Source: Bacteroidia bacterium (GTDB lineage: Bacteria > Bacteroidota > Bacteroidia > 2-12-FULL-35-15). From it: a stretch of 41,073 nt of DNA. Below the pieces are notes generated by a model. The model saw only the letters and a list, made by a program, of their open reading frames with translations, had not been told where the DNA came from and did no database searches. The stretch is taken from the NCBI GenBank assembly GCA_036170695.1, contig JAVHPR010000259.1:1-41073 (forward strand). Direction: 5' to 3'. Positions 17,252 through 26,600 of this stretch are shown here, in pieces. Each line of letters opens with the position of its first letter. Position 1 is the first letter of the stretch. The translations under genes were made by a program, and so were the position numbers.

Positions 17252-17863
17252 TTAATTTTTTATTGATTTGCTAAACTCGGCAACAGCTTTGATTTGCTCA
17301 TCAGTAAGTAATCCTTTAAATGGATTCATTGATGACTTTCCATTTTTTATAATTTCTATTCGAGCCGAAAGATCCATAGTAGAAACAGATAAATTGCGGG
17401 CTCCCATTGTTCCTAATTTGCCGTCAGCACCATGACAGGAAAGGCAGGCAGCGTTATACAATTCCTGCCCATTAACATTAGATGCCGAAATCCCCTGCAA
17501 TGTTTTTGATTTTTGTTTTTTACTCATTTCCGCCATTCCATAGGCACTGACTATCATAAATAATGATAAAACGGCTAAGATCTTATTCCCTTTTTTAAAG
17601 CCAATTATGGCAATCGGAATTAATATAATCACAGTTGCTATTTTAGCGATTAGCAATGATTTTATTTCAGGGATTTGTGTAAGCATATAAATTCCAGTTG
17701 CTAAAAACAAGGTAGAAATAATCATTTCAGGAACCTTGACAGCTTTAGTAAATTTCGCTAATGCTTCATTTTTACTTATTAATAATAAAACTGTTTTTAA
17801 AAGATAAATCAATAAAAATAGAATTACAGATATTATGTGTGTGTGACGTATGCCAATCTCCAT
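17252..17863 (-). CDS. SirB2-family membrane domain fused to class I cytochrome c
   Basis: Four TM segments with RHTH and STLFLATGIYML, then GQELYNAACLSCHG (CxxCH) and distal SSMNPF Met. Confidence 0.8.
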   Translation of the reverse strand: MEIGIRHTHIISVILFLLIYLLKTVLLLISKNEALAKFTKAVKVPEMIISTLFLATGIYMLTQIPEIKSLLIAKIATVIILIPIAIIGFKKGNKILAVLSLFMIVSAYGMAEMSKKQKSKTLQGISASNVNGQELYNAACLSCHGADGKLGTMGARNLSVSTMDLSARIEIIKNGKSSMNPFKGLLTDEQIKAVAEFSKSIKN

Positions 17864-17885
17864 TTTTTTTAGTTTTTTGTTTGCT

Positions 17886-17893
17886 CAAAAGTA
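17886..17893 (-). promoter_or_regulatory. -7 promoter box for the cytochrome c-hflX operon
   Basis: TACTTTTG on the minus strand, 22 nt upstream of the start. Confidence 0.65.
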
Positions 17894-17999
17894 ACAATAA
17901 TCTTATGATTTCCAGTTTGAGAATTTATTAAAGAATCATTTTAAAAATATTTAGTTTGTTATATACACGTTCGCTTCGGCAACAATTTATTTACCCGCT

Positions 18000-18622
18000 A
18001 TGAAAAAAATATTTGTGTTTCTTATTATACTTGCCATCAATAATTTAATTGTTGCACAGCAAACATTTCCCGTTAACAGTGTCTCAAATATAAATCATAC
18101 CACCACCGCATTTACTAACGCGTAAAAATTTGGATGAAGACAATAGGTATCCCGGTCTTTTTCAGAAAAACAAAGAGTACACATAACAAACAAATGAACT
18201 GAAAAAAATATTTGTTGATGCAAAAGCATATAATGAATCCCCTGTCGATATTGAAAAAACCTTCGCTTTGAATCGATGAAAGGGATTTTCATTGGAATGC
18301 AAACTGTGTATATTCATTGTGATAATGTAAAGGAAATTATTGAAGCGGTAAATTTTTCAAAACAAAATTCATTAAAAAGAGTCGCTATTGTTGGAGGGAA
18401 AGACAGCCGGATGGTAACAGCTCTGTTAGTTGAGAACATTGAAAATACTACGGGAAGCATTGAAGTAGGCACAGATGCTAACTTATTTATCTCGCCCCGC
18501 GATGATTTGGATATGCGAACTAACAATGTGGAAAGGCCTATTTGAAAGGGATTAGCATAGACCTTAATAATGAACAGAAAAAACTATACGAAAAGTATAA
18601 AAATAAATATGGCCTGAAATAA
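18000..18622 (+). pseudogene. Degraded amidohydrolase-family relic (fragments with stops, frameshifts and large deletions)
   Basis: MKKIF...AQQTFPVN...AFTNA* with KIW in a shifted frame; NKEYT*QTNELKKIFVDAKAY; RFESMKGIF...IHCDNVKEIIEAV...IVGG; GSIEVGTDANLFIS...LDMRTNNVE; IDLNNEQKKLYEKYKNKYGLK*. Confidence 0.75.
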
Positions 18623-18666
18623 TACATAAACATCATTAGAAAACCAGAACGCTAAAAGGGGGGAAA

Positions 18667-20049
18667 TTATTTTATTCCTTTACGTTCTCTCCATATTTGG
18701 TTAAAAGATTTCGGTGCTGTCTGGGGCAATTCTCTTCGTTCGCCCCATGACTTTTTGAAAAACTGCCTTAGCATAAAGTTTTTTAATTTTGCCCCGCCTT
18801 TGTCCATTTTAGTTCGTTTCAGCATTGCTTTTTTCCAAAAATGCCAGATCCAGTTTTCTGGTTTTGTTGAAAGCCCTTTTTGAACACTATCTCTTCGGTT
18901 TAATAATAAAAGTTTATGGAGATCAATTTTTGCAGGGCATACTTCTGTGCATTTTCCACATAAGGTAGATGCATAGCTTAGGTGCTTAAACTCCTCCATA
19001 CCTTGTAAATGGGAGGTGATAATAGATCCGATTGGACCACAATAAGTGGTTCCATAGGAATGTCCCCCAATAGTTTGATAAACAGGACATACTGAAGAAC
19101 ATGCCCCACAACCAAGGCACGAAAGTGCTTGTCTTTGTTCTGTTTTATCCAACAAAGTAGAACGGCCATTATCAAGCAATATTACGTACATTTCTTTTGG
19201 ACCGTCAACTTCATCGGATTGCTTAGGTCCGGTATAAATAGTATTGTAAACAGTAAGCATTTGCCCGGTTCCGTAGGTGGAAAGCATGGGCCAAAACAAA
19301 TCCAAATCTGCCATTGATGGAATAACTTTTTCAATTCCTACAAAAGCAATATGCACTTTCGGGAATGCCATTGACATTAAACCATTCCCTTCGTTTTCAG
19401 TAATAGCAATAGCCCCTACATCTGCAATTATAAAATTAGCACCACTTACACCAACATCAGCTGTCGCAAATTTCTCACGCAATTCCTTTCGGACAAATTC
19501 TGTTATTTGTTCGGGGCTCCAATCAAGTGGCGTCCCCTTTTTTTCGTTAAAGGTTTTTGCAATATCTTCTTTTGACAAATGCATTGCAGGCGTTACCGTA
19601 TGATAAGGTGGTTCTTTGCGTAACTGTAAAATATATTCCCCTAAATCAGTTTCAATACCTTCGATACCGTTTTTTTTAAGTGCTTCTTTCAGATGGATTT
19701 CTTCCGAAACCATTGATTTGGTTTTTACAACAGTTTTCGCACTAATCTTTTGAATAATTTGAAGCGCTTCCTTTATGGCCTCCCCGGCATCCTGAGCCCA
19801 AACAACTTTTCCTCCACGCTTAATAAAATTAGCTTCAAATTCTACTAAATATTTTTCAAGATTTTCAATAGATTTATGCTTTATCCCGGCCACCCGGGTT
19901 TTGGCAAGTTCTAAATTGCTGAATTGCACTTTACCTTCAACTACTTTTTTATCATACTGCTCGATATTGAATCTAATTTTTTTTCGATGATTCACGTCAA
20001 AAGTTTTCACTTCTGATGCTGCTAAAAATGCTTCTAATGTTTTTGACAT
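18667..20049 (-). CDS. lutB: Lactate utilization protein B (LutB/LldF; LUD domain plus 4Fe-4S)
   Basis: KTKSMVSEE, ETDLGEYILQL, ENEGNG, LLDNGR, CLGCGACSSVCP, YCGPIG, LCGKCTEVCP. Confidence 0.92.
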   Translation of the reverse strand: MSKTLEAFLAASEVKTFDVNHRKKIRFNIEQYDKKVVEGKVQFSNLELAKTRVAGIKHKSIENLEKYLVEFEANFIKRGGKVVWAQDAGEAIKEALQIIQKISAKTVVKTKSMVSEEIHLKEALKKNGIEGIETDLGEYILQLRKEPPYHTVTPAMHLSKEDIAKTFNEKKGTPLDWSPEQITEFVRKELREKFATADVGVSGANFIIADVGAIAITENEGNGLMSMAFPKVHIAFVGIEKVIPSMADLDLFWPMLSTYGTGQMLTVYNTIYTGPKQSDEVDGPKEMYVILLDNGRSTLLDKTEQRQALSCLGCGACSSVCPVYQTIGGHSYGTTYCGPIGSIITSHLQGMEEFKHLSYASTLCGKCTEVCPAKIDLHKLLLLNRRDSVQKGLSTKPENWIWHFWKKAMLKRTKMDKGGAKLKNFMLRQFFKKSWGERRELPQTAPKSFNQIWRERKGIK

Positions 20050-20209
20050 AATCCGAATTATTAAATCAACTCAAGCCTAAAATCAACCTTTCCAATAGGA
20101 GTTGTGATAGATGTTTGGGTTAATTATCTGTGCATATTTCCCGGGATTTGCTTTTTCATCCATAACAAATAAATCCTGTCAGGATAAAAAAACAAATTTC
20201 TTTAACTGT

Positions 20210-20217
20210 CAAAAATA
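20210..20217 (-). promoter_or_regulatory. Candidate -7 promoter box upstream of lutB
   Basis: TATTTTTG on the minus strand, about 160 nt upstream of lutB. Confidence 0.4.
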
Positions 20218-20261
20218 GTCATTTGATTGTTAATAATGCCCATCAAGGATAGAAATAAATG

Positions 20262-20349
20262 TTGTGTGCGTAGGTCATGCTGAGCCTGCCGAAGTATGTG
20301 GGCAAGCCATCACACACCCTTCGACAGGCTCAGGATGACGACACGCAAT
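20262..20349. repeat. REP-like inverted doublet
   Basis: GTCATGCTGAGCCTGCCGAAG (from 20274) pairs with CTTCGACAGGCTCAGGATGAC (to 20339); outer arms TTGTGTGCGT / ACGACACGCAA. Confidence 0.8.
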
Positions 20350-20446
20350 TTGAACCAACCTTCTTTGCGTTAATGGCAGGGGAAATTAGAAGGCGTTGTT
20401 TCTACAATATCATTACTTTTCAATAGCTTTCTGAAGCAATATTTTT

Positions 20447-20454
20447 TAACTTTG
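20447..20454 (+). promoter_or_regulatory. -7 promoter box for the giant T9SS gene
   Basis: TAACTTTG(C), an exact TAnnTTTG. Confidence 0.6.
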
Positions 20455-20620
20455 CAAATAGTATTATACATCCATTATTTTATTATGGATGTATTTTGAC
20501 CAAAGAAGAAATTATTTGAAGTTTTTAATAGTAACAAGTGCGTTTTTTTTGTTTGCCACATATGCATTACGTCTGTGCTTATTGCTTTCAACGATTTTTA
20601 TTAAACAAAAATAGCAAAGC

Positions 20621-23600
20621 ATGAAAAAACTGCTACTCATAATTTTACTTTCAATACTTACAATATATGGCTGGAGCCAAAGTAGTCCTGGCGGGATGCT
20701 TTCTATCACCAGTATCGTACCCTCCCAAATAACTATTTGTGGAGAAGCTAAGTTATTTACTATTTCTATTACCAATCCTTCCCCTTTTTCAATTACAAAT
20801 GATACTTTGGTATTATCGATGCCTCCGGGAATAAACTACCAGGCATCATCGATGACTGGAGGAGCAACCCTGATAACTACAATATATAACTCAAACTACA
20901 CAAAATATTTTTTTTTATTACCCCCCATACCTGCATATAGCCCTCCCCCCGCTACATTACCAAGTTTGAATTTAACTTATACGGCTAAAGCTCAATGTAA
21001 TGTTCTTCAGTTTATGTCGGGAGGAGGCATAATAAAAAATGATGTACGTATTAATTACACGGCAAATAATGTCGCTACTTATGATTTCATAAACACGTCC
21101 ACTTACTTTGTAAAATCGCCCTTTCTTACTATTACCAGCATTTCTAATCAATCTTATTCCGCAGTTATTCCGGCCACATTTACCCGTTGTATCACAGTTA
21201 TTAATGGTGGGTCAGGGGAACTTAGTTCGTTTTCGATTACAGATGTTCATGCAGCCGGAATAGCCATTTCTTCAATAAGTACAGGAGTGTTGACTAATAC
21301 CGGATTAACTGCAAAAATTGTATTGAATGGAACTGATTTTACAAGTGTTGGAAATGGAAATAATTTATTTGAAAGTGGAGAAAGCATAACCATCTGCGAA
21401 ACCGTAAATGTTAGTGACTGTATTTCGGGTACTTCAAAAATAAAAGCATTTTGGGGCTGTAGTATAAACCCATGTCAGTCCACCCCGGAGACTCCGGCAA
21501 ATGTTTTTTTTCCGAATTATGTTCCGAATTTAATTATTACCCCTATTCCTTCCCAGAGTTCTTGCTTAGGTTCAGGAAGTCCAAGCCTGCAACAACTAAA
21601 GATTAGAAATGGAGGTTTAGGAAAAGCGACAAATGTGCAATTAGATATTTTTCAGTCCACAGGTGGAGGATACAATACCAATGTTGGTTCAAGTATCGAC
21701 CCTGCAAGCTTCACTATACAGGTAGGTATTGCATCTACGCCAGTTTCAATTACTCCCACCGGTTCACAAAATACTAATCAGTTGAATTGTATGCCTGCAA
21801 ATCCCAAGGGGAGAGTATTTATAAATATACCCACTATTAATGCCGGAGACACGGTTTATCTAAAATGGAATTCATACAGTTGTTGCTGGAATAGCTGCGC
21901 TCCTTCTTCCGGCCAGAGCTACATCAACGGATGGAGGTATCAGGGTAGTTATCAAAGTATCTGTCAGAATAATTACGTTATCTACAATAACTGGGGAAGA
22001 GTGTATTCAAATATTTATGGGGCTTTAACACCCGATGGATCACCTGCAACATTGAGCAACGGGCAAACAGGAACCTTTAACTTTCTGTTCTCCAACTATC
22101 ACAACTCTTATCCCGTTGGTCCCGGTGCTAACTGGAAATTTGAATTCACCTTGCCTTCGTTTCCTTGTTTATCATATTCTAATATTAAAATATTAAGTTA
22201 TGATGGTGTTACTATATGGTCTCCCACTTCAGTTACGGCTTCCGGGAATACTGTTACAGCCATTTTTAATGGTTCTCCTCCGTTTACGCTTAGCCATGCT
22301 GAATTGATGATTAACCTCAGCTTAAATTGTGGACTCTGCAATGGAACGGACAGCTTAACTTCCATAAGCGTTAAATCATATTATATTCCTGACAACACCT
22401 GCGGGTGTGAAATAGGCGTTTCCTGCCAAAGCATACCATTTAACATTAACTGCCCTTCACCTTGCCCTGTAGGTATGTTAATAAATAATTTTGACATGAG
22501 CCGTACCAGCCTTGGACTGCCGGACAATGAGGCTGGTGGAGGAAATGGTATTCCCGACGGAGGTGGAAGCCTAAATCCTTTAAAAATAAAAACAAACAGG
22601 GCTATGTTTGGTGATACCATAACCACAGCCTTTACCGGAATACTCTATAAAGATATCAGCCACCCTAACTTACAATTCTGTTACGCATCTTCTTCTATCA
22701 GCCATGGTGACCTGTTAAGTTTTCTGGACGCGGAATTATTTATTTACAGGGCTGGGGCGCTTTTCGCTACCTGTACTAATTTTACTCCAACAATAACAAC
22801 ATCAGGCTCTACCAGTATTTTTTTATATGATTTAAGTGTGTCGTCTTTAATTTCTAACGGATGCGCATTACCGGGAGGAGGAACATATGAAAACACAACT
22901 TTCGATTCATTGATATTTAAACCTCGCTATAAGGTTGCTACCAATATTGGTAATGCCACTCCCATAAATTGTTTTTCTACGAATCAATTTTATCTGAGTG
23001 ATATTGCTAATCCAACATCAGAAGCGAACAAATTTCACTGCGGTCATTATAATGGCAGCTGTACTGTTATAGGATATTTTTTTCTCAATCATGAAGCGGA
23101 AAGCTATGATACAAAATCCTGCGACGACATTATTCTGAAGCAAAATTATTATCTTAGTCTTGGACCCGGTTACAATAATAATGCAGGAGGGAATTTTTTT
23201 CCATACGAATACCGTAACTGGGCTCACATTAGCAATCTTACTGCAATAATCCCCGCGGGTTACACATTCAGTTCTGCGCAATTTAACCAAATCAGAACTG
23301 CCGGAACTCTCAATACCAGCACGAGTCCATGGATACCAATAACTCCATCAAATCTTAATTCAGATACACTAAGCTTCCCAGTTGATTCCAACTTCCCCGG
23401 AACAATCCCATTAGGTGATGACGACTTTTATGGAACATTGGAAGTGACCGTAAAACCTTCCTGCGAAGTTACCCCCTGGACTTATAAACCTGTAAGAAAT
23501 GAAATAACTTTTACACCTGTCTCTCTTATAACTGGTCCAGGAAGTGATACAACATTTTTATCGGAAGAGGATGATCAAATACTTTACGATCCTCCTGTTT

Positions 23601-26600
23601 TATTTCTTCAATCACCGTTGCCTTCTATTCTCGCAACAAGCAATACGGCAAGTTGGGATGTTATTATTTCCAACACTTCCAACATTTCAAATGCTTTAAA
23701 CACATGGTTAAGTGGTCCTTCCATTTCAGGAGTTTCAATAATTCAAGTGGTGGATTTAGATTTAGGCACACCCATTAGCCCTATAAATACAGGCATTTAT
23801 CCCGTAGGAACTGTAAACGCAATGGAAACAAGAAATTTTAGAATAACAGCAACATATACGTCTTGTTTTCAGGACAGCTTAATTATTTATTCAGGTTGGA
23901 ATTGTGCTGTGGGATACCCTAGCAGTGTGGCTGATTATCCTTGCACACCAGAGAAAATCGTATTAACACTAACCCCACTTATGCCTGTTTTTCATCTGGA
24001 TATTACAGGACCATCCAGTAGTATTCAGTTATGTGACACTGCAAGCTTCACTGTTGATGGGGTGAATGCTCAGTTAGGAACAGCATATAATGTTGTTCTC
24101 ACAGCAACCTTGCCACCCGGAGCAATCCTGGTCTCCGGCTCATCGCAATTTAGCTATCCGGATACAAATCAATATATCAACATTTCCGATCCCACATTAA
24201 TAAGCGGAAATACCTACTCATGGAATATTTCAGCCATCGACAGCCTTATTGGCATTGATGGATTGAAAGGACTGCTGGATACCACATTAAATTCCTTTCA
24301 TCTTGTTTTTAAAACTACCACCGATTGCGGGTTTATCTCTGGCAGTACCATCATTTCTAATATTACAGGAAACTCATCTTGCGGACAGGTTACAGAGCAG
24401 GAAATATTCTTTTCTACACCATTGGATATTATTGGTGCAGCAGGACTTTATACCACAGCCATTGAATTAAGCACTACCTATGTTTCGCCTTGTGCAGGAA
24501 ATTCAACTATGCTCGTGGTTGTTCACAATTTAGGACCTACCGCTTTTGGAATTACAGATTCCGTTGCTATTACTCTGCCCAGCGGTGTTCCATTTATTAA
24601 TAACTCTTTTTCCGGCATTTATAATGCACCAGGTAGTGGAACACCCTTACAATACACCCTTAATGGAGAAACCTACTTGTCATGGCAATTACCTACAGGA
24701 CTTGCCGCTGGAGATAGTTCAGTATTTACTTTTCAATATAAAGGAAATCCACATGAACTTGGATGCGGCATTATTTTCTTCGAAGCACAAACCTTCAGCG
24801 TAAGCGTGATTACCTGCCTTGCTACTCAGAACGATTGTATAACAAAAATAATTACAGGTGATAGCTCCCTCGCGGTATTTACTTATAAAGCATATTTGTC
24901 ACTAAGTAATGGCGATGCCACCTCTATTCCAAATCCTCCGGGTGGAGAAACTGTTACAGTAAACTATGATATTACCAATACGGGGCAGGCAATTCTTACG
25001 GATGCTGATTCAATTGTTCAGTTTTTTTATGATTCAAACGGAAATGGCGCTTACAACCCCGGTGATGTGTTTTTAGCTGAAGATACCTTGGTAATACCAA
25101 AGGATAGCACAGTTCGGTATTCCTCAACGTTTAACGTTGCGGCAGGACAAGGTTGTGCCATTATTGCAGTTATCGATCCATCGGTTAACTCCTGTGTTTG
25201 TGATTCATCGCAGCTCCTTATTCTTCCATCATTAAAAAGTTTGGGTAAGGATACCATTTTGTGTTCAGGACAAACAATGGTGATGAATACAGATTCGGTT
25301 ACAGGTTATACCTATGTCTGGACTCCGGTAACAGACCTAAGTGCCGGGAACATTGCCGACCCAATACTAACAGCTTCAAATCTAACATCCGCTCCCATTC
25401 CAACCACTTATTTCCTTTCCACAAATCGTATTAACTGTTCTTCAGAGGATACCATTTTGATTATAGTAAATCCATTACCAACAGGAACCATAACGGGTAC
25501 AACAGATGTATGCGTGGGAGCGACAGCTCCTGACATTATTTTCATTGGCTCTACGAGTACGGCACCCTATACATTCACTTATACCATCAATGGGGGCGCA
25601 AATCAGACAATAAGTACTACTAATGGAGACAGTGTAACTTTATCAGCCCCCACATCAGTTATTGGAACCTATATATATAATCTGGTAAGTATTCAGGATG
25701 CCAGTTCAACAGCCTGCTTTCAAACACAAAATGATAGCGTCATAATTAAGGTGAATCCATTACCAACAGCAACCGTAGGCGGAACAACGGCAGTATGTAA
25801 AGGAGCTACACCACCCAATATAATTTTTAAAGGAGCGCTAGGTGCTGCACCCTATACTTTTTCATATAACATCAATGGAGGCGCCATTCAAACTGTAAGT
25901 TCCATAAATGGAGATAGTGCTGTTGTTTCGGTTCCTATAGGTATTGTGGGAGTTTATACCTACAACCTCACAGGGGTGCAGGATTCCAGTTCTTCTTTCT
26001 GTTTTCAAGCTCAGAACGGCAGTGCAACAATAACCGTCAATCCCTTACCAACTGCAACAATAGAAGGGACTGCTGCGGTATGTTTAAATGATATTACCTT
26101 TATAACCTTTACGGGATCTGAAGGTACAGCACCATACACATTTACCTATACTGTAAATGGAGGTGCAAATCAAACAGTAATTACAACCGGTGGAGATACT
26201 GTTGTAAAGATCCTTGTTCCAACTGTATCAAATGGTTCATTTAAATATGTTTTGTGGAGCGTAATGGATTCAAGCCCTACCGCCTGCTCTCAATCAAAGG
26301 AAGATAGCGCAACAGTAACTATAGATCCATTACCATCTGCATCGATTGATAGTTCAATTACAGTATGTCAGGGGGCTTCATTACCCATTATTACTTTTGT
26401 AGGATATGGTGGGGTTTCTCCCTATACCTTTAAATACACTATTAATGGAGATACCCAGCCAACAATCGTTACAATTATTGGAGACAGCATTACTTTAGCT
26501 GCCCCCACAAACACGGCGGGTACATTTATTTATTCCCTTATCAGTGTACAAGATGCAAATATAGCGGCTTGTACGCATCCACAAACCGGTGATGCTACAA

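Noticed and set aside
18276-18545. 89-aa ORF as an intact gene
   Set aside because: It is one fragment of the amidohydrolase pseudogene
18667-20049. lutB without adjacent lutA/lutC
   Set aside because: Dispersed lut genes are, to my knowledge, common in Bacteroidota; not notable on its own
20156-20158. In-frame TGA as possible selenocysteine in the lutB-leader ORF
   Set aside because: No SECIS-like hairpin, no good start codon, and another stop follows 12 codons later
20237-20378. Degenerate TIRs (TGCCCATCAAGGATAGAA / TTCTTTGCGTTAATGGCA) around the 20274 REP doublet, a possible fourth MITE shell
   Set aside because: Match too weak and no target duplication visible; needs other genomic copies
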